The notes under the pieces are model-generated. The model was not told the origin of the DNA and did not search any database. It was given only the letters and a program-made list of their open reading frames with translations. Below are positions 23,427 through 35,501 of a stretch of 64,000 nucleotides of DNA, piece by piece. How positions within the stretch are numbered: position 1 is the stretch's first letter; every line of letters starts with the position of its first letter. A program made the position numbers and the translations under genes. Origin of the DNA: Eledone cirrhosa (taxonomy: Eukaryota); NCBI GenBank assembly GCA_964016885.1, contig OZ024740.1:62372001-62436000 (forward strand). Direction: 5' to 3'.

Positions 23427-24889
23427 GTAAGTTCAGTTTTTCTCTTCACATTGTTAGTTTATTTCAATGGTTTTAAAACTTGTCGGCCCCATCAATCTGC
23501 TGTGCTGCAAAGGGCAAGATATTATCTCAGAATGTGTAAAATACAAATTGAAATTCATAATAAAATTCACAATAATGATAATCATCATCATCACTGTTGG
23601 ACGTCCAATTTTCCACACTAACATGGGTTAGATGGGTTAGATGGGTTGTCCTATTGTGAGACAAGTCAGGTCAGATGACCGTGTCTTGCTCATAGAGAAC
23701 TGTTTCTGACTCGGTTTCTACAGCTAGATACCCTTCCTAAGTTATCTATATTTCTACTTTATGCTCAGTTAATATTTATAGATAACTTTTTTGAATAAAT
23801 TTTCGAATTTAGATACTAAGTATGCTGAAATATTTTTACTTGTTCTAAAATGCTCTGCTAGTAAAAAAAGTTTGGGAACCCCTCCCTGGCTTATTGGATT
23901 TTAAGGGCTTTTTCTCTTTTGGTTTTGATATTGTTGCTGTTTTAAAACGATCTTCACAGGTGCTGACATGGCTGAAACATTATGGCATGACAGGCTTCAA
24001 TAGAGTTTCTGTCTACCAAATTCATTCACAAGTCATTGGCTAGCTCAAAGCTGTAATGGGAGACACTTGTCCAAGGTGCCATGCAATGGGGCAGGACCTG
24101 CAACCATGTGATTGTGAAGTGAACTTTTTAATTACATAGCCATACTTGTTCCTTAACAGCTATGTCTGCACTTTCACAGCTGTGTGTGTGTGTGTGTGTA
24201 TGAAGGTATGTGGCCTAATGGTTAGGGTGTTGAACTCAATTATAAGCTCATAGGTTTGATTCCTGGAACAGGCAGCACGTTTGTGTGTATGTGTGTGTGT
24301 ATCTCCACATGTCTTCATGATAGCATGTGAGCAAGTATTGTGGTTTGTTTCTATCCCACAGCTTAGCAAGTGGTCATAAATCAGCAGAAATATATATATA
24401 GGCGCAAGCATGACAGTGTGGTTAAATTATCACAACACTGTGGTATTGGCTTCAGTGAGTAGCACTTTGGGCAAGTTTCTTTTACTACAGCTTTGGTTTG
24501 ACCAATGCCTTGTAATTGAAGTTTGGTAGACTAAAGCTGCAGAAGTCTGTTGTATATATATAGGCTCAGTGTGTGTGCCTCAGCATTGTTATCATCATTT
24601 AAAGTCCATTTTCCCTGTTTATGTTTATGCTCATTATACGCTAGTAGCTAGAGCTTTACAAGCTTCTAATGTATTATAGGTGACCTGGTATCACCTTTTG
24701 TATCAAAACCATATTATTTATGTAGCTGATAGGAGTGGCTGCATTGTTTCCTATGTTGTATCTATGTCTTATATATTTTTGTCCTTGTACTATATCACAC
24801 ACACACACGCCTCAGCACGTAAAACTAACTTGGAAGACGGACGACGGATCGGCAGCGTGTAACACACACAGACACACACACACACACAC

Positions 24890-26376
24890 GCCGGGCTCTT
24901 AGAAAACTAGGAGTAGATGAATGGCTTGTGAAAGCTGTACAAGCCATGTATAGGGGAGCAGTCAACAAAGTTAGGATTAGCAATGAGTATAGCGAGGAAT
25001 TTAGCGTACAGGTTGGTGTCCACCAGGGCTCTGTTCTTAGCTCTCTCCTGTTCATCATAGTCCTGCAGGCAATAACGGAGGAGTTTAAGACCGGATGCCC
25101 ATGGGAACTCCTGTATGCAGATGACCTCGCACTTATAGCTGCATCTATGGTAGAACTAGAGAAGAAATTCCAAACTTGGAAGCAGGGACTAGAAAGAAAG
25201 GGTCTCAAAGTCAACCTGACAAAGACTAAGGTCCTTGTAAGTAGACTAGAAAACAGAACCCAGATCCCCTCAGGGAAATGGCCTTGCTCAGTATGTAGGA
25301 AAGGTGTAGGTAGGAACTCCATTCTCTGCCCCAAATGCAAACAATGGGTACACAAGAGATGTAGCGGGATCTCAGGAAGCTTAATTAAGAATGTAGGCTT
25401 CACATGTAGCAGCTGTGCTGTGACAGCAAGCAGCAAACAGCCACAGGAAACAAGTACCACCAATCTCTGGGAGGGCTCTGTAGAAACAGTAGACAGCTTC
25501 TGCTACCTAGGTGACCGAATTAGCAGCGGAGGTGGGTGTTCAGAAAGTACAATAACTAGGGTAAGAACGGGATGGAAGAAGTTCAGGGAACTACTGCCAC
25601 TGCTTGCTGCAAAAGGCTTTTCCCTCAAAATGAAAGGCAGACTGTATGATGCGTGTATACGAACAGCAATGTTACATGGTAGTGAGACCTGGGCGCTGAA
25701 GGTGGAAGACTTACGTAGATTGGAAAGAAACGAAGCCTGCATGCTCCGATGGATGTGTAATAGTAATATGCGCGAGCGGCAAAGCATAAATGAATTGAGA
25801 GAGAGACTGAGCATAAGAGGAATCAAATGCTGTGTGCAGGAGAGGCGGTTGCGTTGATATGGACATGTGATGCGTATGAAGGATGACAGCTGCATAAAAA
25901 GGTGCAGAGCACTAGAAGTCAATGGAAACCTGGAGTGGGGAGACCAAAGAACACCTGGGATGAGGTGATAAAAGCTGACCTTACCCAATTACACCTCTCA
26001 AAGGCGATGACACACGACTGTGACCTCTGGCGTCACGCAGTAATACAGAGTACCCGACCTCCCATGGGTACAAGCTGAAGCATATAGACAATATGCCCTC
26101 ACACCCTCCCACTGTAAAGTGGTCGTGGAGGTGCCACGGCAAAAAAGCACCCAGCCCACACTGTAAAGTGGACGTGTAGGCGCCACGGAAAAAAGCACCC
26201 AGCACTCACTGTAAATGAGGTTGGTGTTAGGAAGGGCATCCAGCTGTAGAAATCAAGCCAAAATCAGTTCCTATATGAGCAAGGCATGGTCAGCCGACCA
26301 GACACTGCCCACAACAGGACAACCCGTCTAACCCATGGAAGAACGGACGTAAAACGGTGATGATGATGATGATGAT
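24890..26376 (+). mobile_element. 5'-truncated RTE LINE with PHD finger, disrupted
   Basis: ORF 24928-25857 is closely similar to the C-terminal part of the intact ORF. Stop codon at the W of RLRW. 3' UTR ends GGACGTAAAACGG(TGA)n. Confidence 0.93.
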
Positions 26377-26670
26377 AAGTGTAAGTCCAAAGAACCATTA
26401 GATAAACTATATACAGTATTTCCTCTCCTAATCAGTATAAATCAACCACATAAAAAATCATTTAAACGAGGCTATAAGTTTAAAATGTACTTATGAAGAA
26501 ATAATAGACAAGTGATACAGATTATTTTCCACGATGTCCATATGACACTTATCTAATTATTTCTTTTAGCCTGTAGAAATTGACTAGACAAATAGTTAAC
26601 TACACGGAAGTAGGTACAAAATAGAAGTTTGAAGAAAAAATGCACATAAATTTTACCAAAATTCTCTTAG

Positions 26671-26754
26671 TCTCTACCAACCGATGATTTCGTTCCGCTT
26701 TTTGGATATTCCCGGTCTTGGATAAATCCACGAGGATTGGAACTCATCAGGAGA
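26671..26754 (-). ncRNA. Type I hammerhead ribozyme (predicted)
   Basis: Minus strand reads TCTC-CTGATGA-GTTCC...GGAAC-GAAA-TCA TCGGT TG-GTA-GAGA. Stems I, II and III can all pair. GUA cleavage triplet. Confidence 0.75.
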
Positions 26755-27197
26755 TACCCCAGACTGGACTAAGTTTCTTCTACCATGATCCCCACCAGAA
26801 ATGAATTCAAAATGGCTAAGAACTATCACGTGGCTAGCGGTCAAGACAGAAAGTTTGTGATTGGTGACTGTCGGCGAGTAGGCTGGTTGCTAGAAAGTGC
26901 AGCCGAATACTGCCTAAAGTTTTACTCAACCTTACGGGAGTATATATTAAATTCAAAGGGTATATATATATATATATACTTAGACATAGTCACAGATACA
27001 TATGTGAGTTTGGCAACCATTCACGGTGTGGCTCAATGAAGAATTAATTAAGCAAATAATTATTAATCAGAGCTATATATAAAAATGTAAGTCCAAAGAA
27101 CCATTAGATAAACTATATACAGTATTTCCTCTCCTAATCAGTATAAATCAACGACATAAAAAATCATTTAAACGAGGTTATAAGTTTAAAATGTACT

Positions 27198-30100
27198 TTT
27201 AGGAGAGATGGTCACCATTTTAGAAGGCTGCGTTGTTTTATGATTTAGAGGGGAGTTCGTTTCCCTAGCTTGGCTGCTAGGACATCTCTTCTATTTGTTG
27301 TTAGGTGTAGGTAAACAATTAAGCAAAAAGAACATACCTCGAGATTATATGTACATGAGCATTTTAATCAGAGCAATAAACAAAACAGGTTATTATATCA
27401 GTTGCTCCTTGATTGGTAATTCGTAATTATCATTAAGTGGTGGTGTTCAAATATCCCGTGACCGCATGGTGCAATATCGCTGTTGCACCACAGTGAAATG
27501 CGTCTGGTCTTGTCAAGACACAAAGTCGAAGAGAGTGTATTCAGCTACTGACGTCAGAACGTGACGTCAGAACTAAGGGCAGTTAATTGACTGCCTCCAA
27601 AGTCAAAGCTAGGTGGCGTGATCTTCTACATGGCCTCCCACCAGATTTTTAGAAAAAGAAATAAAAATCGGTTCATCGGACCATGTATGTAGAACAATGA
27701 TGAGCAACTAGCAAAAACCCCAAACCAAGGAGCAATCAGCCCAACCGAGCATGAAGGGCACAACAAATTTCAAAGGAACATATCAAACAAGCATGCAAGA
27801 ACGAGAAAGAAAAAAAAACAAAAAAACAAACAAAGAATTAATGATTACCAACATTTTTGAACATTTCTTTTTAAGCAAACAAACCAAAAGAAAAAAAGAA
27901 TTCTTATCTTTTGTAATGGCCGATAATTTTCCCGCCAATTGTCTTCTCCAAAATGCAGCCATCTGATTGGCTGAGACGCATCATGTGATGCCGTCTTTTC
28001 CTGACCTTAACTGAGCAGTGTGATATGCTGTCGATATATATTTTTTTGAGAGTTCTTGTCATGATGTGATTTGACTTGTCGACTTCTGATTGTTTTTTTA
28101 CAAATTCGCTGGATTATTTTCCCTGTTATGGACACTTGAGAACATTTATTTTTTTTTCTGTTCTTTTGCCTTTATGGATGTTGAGGGAAATTTGTGCTGT
28201 TTTCCCGTTGTTCTGAACATCTAAAGAAATTTCTGCATTCTTTTTACGTGAATACCACTTACTTTTATACATCCAAGTTGATATAGATTGCCAATGAGTG
28301 GTCCTAATTTACCTGCATTCTCAGGTGATCCCAAACTCTGGTTTGCACAACTCAACGCATATTTCGCTGCGAACAGAGTGAAAACAGAGCAGAAGCTCAA
28401 CGTTTTAATAAGCGGCATTCCTTCTTCACTCGCTACAATGGTGAAGGATTTAATAACGGACCCGCCAACCAGTACGTCGTATGATTCGTTGAGGACGGAA
28501 ATATTAAGGAGAAACTGCCGTTCTGCTGAGAGCAGGTTTCGTGCATTATTGGAGGACGAGTGTTTAGGCGACAGGTCGCCATCCGAATAGTTATGCCACA
28601 TTCGGGACCTCAGCGAATCGCCCGATCAGGATAGTTCATTTATCAAAAAGCTATTTTTCTCTCACCTGCCAAACAACATCCAGATTATCTTGGCGAATAT
28701 TGTGGGTACCAGCTCTTTGGAGCAGATCGCTGCCTCCGCTGATCGGATCGTAGAATTTTCTCAAAAGGCTACCGCCCTGGATTTGTGTATTGCTTCTTCA
28801 ATTTCGAACCAGCCCGTCTTGACACACGAGGATGCCATGTTAAAAGCTATTGACACTTTGACGTAGCAAGTCGCTCATTTATGCAGAGAAAATAAGCCAA
28901 ATTCCGGGCGGCCTACGAGTCTTTCGCGACTCCACGTTGGCATACTACTTCGCCCGCCAGCAATCCATTATTTTGCTGGTATCATGCCACCTTCGCGGAT
29001 AAGGCAAAACATTGCCGGCCTCCATATAAATATTCAGCTTCGGGAAATGCAAATCAGAGTCACTAAAGGCAGCAAGTGAACTCTGCGAGACACAACAGAA
29101 CCGCCATTTCTTCATAGAGGACCTCCTGTCTGGAAGAGCCTTCTTCGTAGACACAGAAGCTTCGTGCAGTATTTGGCCTGTTAATTGTATGACAGTAACT
29201 CCTCCCGAGTCGTCGATTGAATTGCAAGCTGTCAACCAGTCACCAATCTGAACTTTTGGACAGATCTCGCTTCCTCTTCAGTTTCAAAATCTGTGTCGGG
29301 ATTTCAAATGGGTTTTCACTGTTGCCGACCTGCCATACCCGATTTTGGACGTGGACTTCCTGCACAATTTTTCTTTGATGGTGGACGTCCCTCACCAACG
29401 CCTAGTCGACGATATGACTGGTTTTTCTCTTTGTGGCAGGACAGCAGAAGTTTCTAGTTAGCCCGACATTCTTCATCGGTAACTCCGGAAACCCATATCA
29501 TGGATTGTTGAAATCATTCCTGCAACTGACTCATGGAAATTTTAGAGTCACTGATCCAAACCACGCCACGGAGCATTTTATTACTACTACTGGTGCCCCG
29601 GTTTTTTCGTGTCCCTGTCGATTGCCAGCGGACAAACTGAAAGCAGCATGGTCTGAGTTCGATCATATGCTACAGCTCGGAATTATTCATCCTTCCACGA
29701 GCCCGTGGGCATCTCCATTACATACGGTGCCAAAATCTTCTGGCGATTTGAGATTCACAGGGGATTATAGACGATTGAACTCGATGACCGTACCGGATCG
29801 GTATCCTATCCCTCATCTGCAGGATTTTGCATCCTCGTTGCAAGGTTGTAAAATTTTTTTCAAAAATCGATTTGATATGAGCCTACAACCAGATTCCTGT
29901 CAACAGAGACGACATCCCGAAAACGGCTATAACTACGCCATTTGGATCTTTTGAATTTCTCACCATGCCTTTCGGGTTAAGAAATGTTGCTAGCACCTTC
30001 CAGCAATTTATGGATGAGGCCACTCATGGCCTCGATTTTGTATACATATATATTGATGATCTTGTTGCTAGCTCTTCTCCAGAGCAACATTTGCGCCATC

Positions 30101-31050
30101 TGGACCTTTCATTTTGTCGTTCGAGGGATTACAATGTTCGGATTAATACATCAAAATGTGTTTTTAGTTCCGAATCTCTGAATATTTTGGGCCACGTCAT
30201 TGACGCTGACGGTATTCGACCTATTCCTGAGAGCGTTAAAGCTATAGAGGATTTGCCTCCACAACCTCACTCCGTCAGTTGCACCAATTCTTGGGGCTGA
30301 TTAATTTTTATAGGCAGTTTGTGCCTAATTGTGCTAAGCTACTTTTCTCTTTGACGGAAATTTTGAAAAATTGCTGAAAGAAAAATAAAGACATTTCTTT
30401 GAATGAAACTCAGTTCAAGGATTTTGAGAATGCGAAAATTGCTCTAGCCAATGCATCTTTGCTGGCTCACCCAGTGTCTAATGCTAAGCTTTCGCTTTGT
30501 GTTGATGTGTCGGATACTGCCGATCAATAACAGTCCATATCACACCTGAGCCACAAACGCCCCCATCTTTTTCTTTCGCACACACACCTGCTTCTTCGCC
30601 CCCCCCCCCCATATCACCAAGATATAAGACTACGACCCGTTCCGGTTGGAGAGTTCATTGGCCCAAAAAACTGTGTAGCACTATATTTTTAAGCTGCTAT
30701 TGTGTGGCGCTTTAAACCTGTATTTTCTATTTGAACTTTTAAAAATTGTATTTACATTTTTTATTTAAAAAAATTTTTTTTTTATATGTACATGAGCAAT
30801 AAACAAAACAGGTTATCATATCAGTTGCTCCTTGATTGGTAATTCGTAATTATCATTAAGTGGCGGTGTTCAAATATCCCGTGACTGCATGGTGCAATAT
30901 CGCTGTTGCGCCACAGTGAAATGCGTCTGGTCTCGTCAAGACACAAAGTCGAAGAGAGTGTATTCAGCTACCGACGTCAGATCGGGACGTCAGAACTAAG
31001 GGCAGTTAATCGACTGCCTCCAAAGTCAAAGCTAGGTGGCGTGATCTACA
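27198..31050. mobile_element. Ty3/Gypsy LTR retrotransposon (element 2), degenerate; LTR polarity minus, gag-pol plus
   Basis: TSD TACT(T) at 27194 and 31051, with an empty-site copy near 26488. LTR copies at 27219-27630 and about 30783-31050. Internal gag-pol remnants. Confidence 0.88.
28294..30680 (+). pseudogene. gag-pol remnant of element 2
   Basis: gag LPAFSGDPKLWFAQL...LGDRSPS; protease FFVDTEAS; [23 protein letters not shown] and YIDD; start of RNase H. Integrase is largely deleted, but the C-terminal TTRSG.RVHWPKKL is kept. Confidence 0.88.
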
Positions 31051-31181
31051 TACTTATGAAGAAATAATAGACAAATGATACAGATTATTTTCCGCAATGT
31101 CTATATGACACTTATCTAATTATTTCTTTTAGCCTGTAGAAATTGACTAGACAAATAGTTAACTACTTGGAATTAGGTACA

Positions 31182-31228
<47 letters not shown>

Positions 31229-31430
31229 TATATGTATGTATGTATGTATGTCACTGTAAATGTGGTTGGTGTTAGGAAGGGCATCCAGCCGTAGAAAACC
31301 CACCAGACAGTCCTATACGAGCAAGACAACCAATCTTGCCTCAAGTGGGAAAACTCCCGTCCAAACCCATGCAAGCGTGGAAGATGGACGTTAAACGATG
31401 ATGATGATGATATATATATATATATATATA

Positions 31431-31578
31431 TATATTTTCATTTTATTAAGGCTGAACACTTAGTCTTGTTACTCTGTAGTTTTGCTTCTTTATCACATGG
31501 TTGTCTGATGACCATGTGATAAACAGGCAAAACTCCAGAGAAACAAGACTCACAGTTCAGCCTTAATAAAAGGAATAT
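31431..31578. repeat. About 65-bp-arm hairpin; right arm has a degenerate hammerhead-like CTGATGA...GAAAC
   Basis: TTTTATTAAGGCTGAAC...TATCACATGGT pairs with ACCATGTGATA...GTTCAGCCTTAATAAAA. Confidence 0.75.
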
Positions 31579-31779
31579 TAAAACTCTGTTTCGGTATTGA
31601 GTACTTCTTTCTCTCAGCTGTCAACCACATACAGATCATACACACACATACACAATGTTCTACCTTGTCAGGGTAGGATGTATAACCATTTTAGAACTTG
31701 ATGTAGTGTTGATGTGAATATTCAATTAAAGCAAATATATTACATGTTATCAGTAGCGTTCAAGAGCAGCCTGGCAGCT

Positions 31780-32081
31780 GAAGCTGAAGCATATAGACAA
31801 CATGCCTCCACCCCCTTCCACTGCCAAGTGGTCGTGGAGGTGCCACGGCAAAAAAACACCCAGCCCACACTGTAAAGTGGTTGTGTAGGCGCGACGGAGA
31901 AAAGCACCCAGCACTCACTGTAAATGAGGTTGGTGTTAGGAAGGGCATCCGGCTGTAGAAATTGAGCCCAAATCAGTTCCTGTATGAGCAAGACAAGGTC
32001 AGCCGACCGGGCACTGCTCACAACAGGACAACTCGTCTAACCCATGCTAGCATGGAAGAATGGACGTAAAACAGTGATGAT
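31780..32081 (+). mobile_element. RTE 3' UTR-only copy
   Basis: Highly similar to 26072-26376. Related tail copies at 17098-17262 (-), 23580-23740 (-), 31250-31410 (+) and 54490-54745 (-). Confidence 0.85.
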
Positions 32082-32313
32082 ATATATATGTACTCTCTCT
32101 CTCTCCCTATATATTGGTTAATGGTATGTCTTGTTATGACCCCCCCCCCCCAACAAAAAAGACCACTATATAGTAACAGTTGATAATGCTTTTGTCCGGT
32201 GTTGAAATAATGGTTTGTTTAAATTATTTTACTCTGTTTTCTAAGGAACAGTAGATAACACTATTGTCCAATAATGAAATAACATTATTCCCTTTTTTCT
32301 TTTTGATTTGCAG

Positions 32314-32416
32314 TGGTGGTGCATTTGGTTACCAGCTTGGGTTGAACCGTTCCTACTGCAAGCCCTCTTGGGACGCTATAGCTGATATGAGAACTTATGT
32401 GTCAGATTATTACTGA
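32314..32416 (+). CDS. Host gene, terminal coding exon 5 (GGAFGYQLGLNRSYCKPSWDAIADMRTYVSDYY*)
   Basis: Pyrimidine tract with TTTGCAG acceptor. Phase 2 matches exon 4 (GT+T = Val). TGA at 32414-32416. Confidence 0.8.
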
Positions 32417-32603
32417 GATTAAGTTGATGTTTAATTTTTTGTTGTTATTGTAATATTTTTTCTCCCTCTTCCATTTCTGTTTTCTTTCATTCCTTTATAT
32501 TGTTTAGGTCTTCATTATGTTTTTATTAAAAACAACCAGATGATTTTATTATATGCATACACCCATCCACACATATATAAACTCACACATATATACATGA
32601 ATG

Positions 32604-32651
<48 letters not shown>

Positions 32652-35088
32652 GTTTTATTACTATACAAAATCATATTTTCATACTTTTAAATTCATATTA
32701 TTCATATTGGAGAAGAAATATTCAGATACAGATCTCTATAAAATTACATTTTCAATGGTTCCAGGTGGTTTGTCATTTCATATTTTTGGGTATGGGGAAA
32801 ATAATAAAAAAAATATAGGAAAGATTGTGTGGTGACACATTGACCATATGATTAAGGCAAGACCTACGACAAAATTTTCCAAGGAGTAACAACGTAAGAC
32901 TGCTTTTCGGCCCTGAAGAGAGTAGGGGAAACTCCATATCAAATTTCAAGTAGAGGTTAAGAGATTTTTTAAATTATAAAAAGGTGTTGTTGGATAGTAC
33001 CCCCACTACCTTGACTTTGAACTAAGGTATCAAATGAACCTCGGCTTTATTGGCCCTGGGTTAAGGTGCTATACACAACTGGTTATTTGGGAATATGTTC
33101 AAACATTGGTATGTCTGTTGTATTGTATCTTTGGTTGTTAATGGGCTGAAAACACATTCCACTCTTGTTTCACAAATGTGTTGTATTCCAATACAACAAG
33201 CGTTTTAAGGCCATTTTACTATATTAAACCATGACTTAGCCTTGTGAACTCCTTGACAGTCTTCATACTCATCATGGGCCATTCTTGACACCAATCCATT
33301 TACAAAAGACAGGGTGTACCTATTCTAAAACAGATATAGTATACTTATTTCCAACAATATGCAAAAATATTAAAATTTCTAAAATATCCATCTTAACCTA
33401 TATATATATGTCAGAAGAAAAAACATTGAAGAAAAGAATTAAAAAAAAAATGACAGTTTGAATTTCACCTAAGTCAACTTTGCTTTTCATCTTTTCGGGG
33501 GTCAGTAAATAAAATAACAGTCCAAGGTGATAGCTCAGCAGAACTGTTTATGTGGCCTTGTGATTAGAGTGTCGGGCTCAATATTGTAAGGTTATGGGTT
33601 CGATTCCTGGACCAAGTAGTGTGTTGTGACCATGAGCAAGATATTTCATTTTACATGGCTTCAGCCCACTCAACAGAAAAATCAGTAGCATCTGGAGGTT
33701 AAACTTACAATGAAATAGTGTCTTGTTTAGGGGAAGCCTTGTATTTTCTTCTATTTGCTTAACACCTATGAAAGCAGGATAAGATTTTGCCTGATGAACT
33801 GCTTGACATGTGACAGACCTTATATATATATATATTATCATAATCATCAGCATTTTAATGTCTGGTAGGTTAGGTCCATACAGACCAAGTCAGGACTGTC
33901 ACTGCAAAAATAACAGTGACATGATAGGCCTAGGATTTTTATCATTAAACCACCCAAGAAACTTTTCCTCCGAGATGCAACCTTGAAAAAGGCTAGCTAA
34001 ACTTATGCAGGTGTGAGTCAAACAACTGAAACTGTACTGTGCTTGGACAAGTCCACCTAAATATAAAGGGTCACTGTGGAGCTGCCTAGTTAAATGCTGA
34101 AAAAAGATGGCAGCAGTATATTAATTAAAGAGTGTCTTGTTAACCTGTAGTAGTATATAACTGAAAAATGTTATTCTTAGCTTGGAGAAAATATCTTCAA
34201 GTGGTGTTCATACATACAGCAAACTCCCCGAAAGTTATGAGATTGACTTGCTCATTCATTCCCCACATATTTTTATGTTTTATTTTTACCACTGTCATTT
34301 GCTTTTAGTTTATTTATTTTATTTGATATTTTTCCCACCTTTTGTTTGGTTTTTCTTTTTTTGTTTTCCTATGTAAAAGGGAAAAGAAAAAATTGAAATC
34401 ACTCAGTTTCAGTAATATTCTGCATTGGGAAAAAATATCGAAAGAAAAAAAATGTGTTTCAATGTAAATAGATTAAAAATGTTCATATTAAAAATTATGT
34501 ATAAAAAAAAATGGCATTTGACTCTTCATATGTGACAGTGGAAGTAGTTGGAAGAAAATAAAAAAAAATTATTTATGCTTTACATTACTGTTATTATTAT
34601 TAATAATTATATATAATAAAAGAAATCATTGTTATTATAAATATTTGGTTTCTAATTTAAGCACAAGGCCAGTGTTTTTTTTTTTTTTAGGAGAGGGGTA
34701 AATCAATCAAATCAACCTCAGTACTTGACTGGTACTTTGATATATCAACCCTGAAAGGATAAAAGACATAGTTGAACCTAGCAAAATTTGAACTCAGTAA
34801 TGGCCTTTCATATGATTTCAAATTCTGCAGAAGTCACATTGTTTTTCATCCATAAGATAAGATAAAATACCAGTCATGTATCATCGTCATTGATAGTGTT
34901 GGATAAAATGCCTTGCAGTATTGGTTCCCGTTCTCTGCATTTTGAATTCAAATTTTTCTGGTGTCAATAAATAAAATACCATTTAATGACTGCCATTAAT
35001 TCAATCAACTTACACCCCTTCCTCAATTTCTGGCTTTTTATATATGTTAGGAATAACATTAATTATCATTATTATTAATTAATAATTA

Positions 35089-35500
35089 GGGCGGTGGATT
35101 GGCAGTATTGGTAGAGGGTCGGACACCATGCTTTGCAGCATAGAGTTATGCCCCTTTACGGTCTGAATTCGAATCCTGTAGGTAAACTTTGCCTTTCATC
35201 CATACGGAGTCAATAAAATATAGTACCAGTAATGCACTGGGGTAATTGCTGGCCTTGTGCCAAAAGTAGAAACAATTATTAATTAATAAAAAAGGGTGGT
35301 GTCAGTAGAGCGTCGGACACCCTGTTTCATGGCATAAAGTTCCGGTCCTTTATGTTCCGAGTTCAAATCCTGCCTAGGTTAGTTTGCTTTTCATCCTTAC
35401 GAGGCCAATAAAATAAAATACCAGTCACACACTAGGGCCGATTTAATCGACATTCCCCTCTCCCAAAATTGCTGGCCTTGTGCCTAAATCAGAAACCATT
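35089..35500 (+). mobile_element. Two tandem Deu/Nin-core SINEs
   Basis: Two consecutive copies (35089-35280 and 35293-35500) of the 3260-3448 family. Confidence 0.8.
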
Positions 35501-35501
35501 A

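Larger units (their letters stand above)
26380..31183 (-). repeat. Non-coding 706-bp-period direct repeat unit carrying a hammerhead; second copy split by LTR element 2
   Basis: 26380-26621 is repeated at 27086-27197 plus 31051-31183. Confidence 0.85.
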
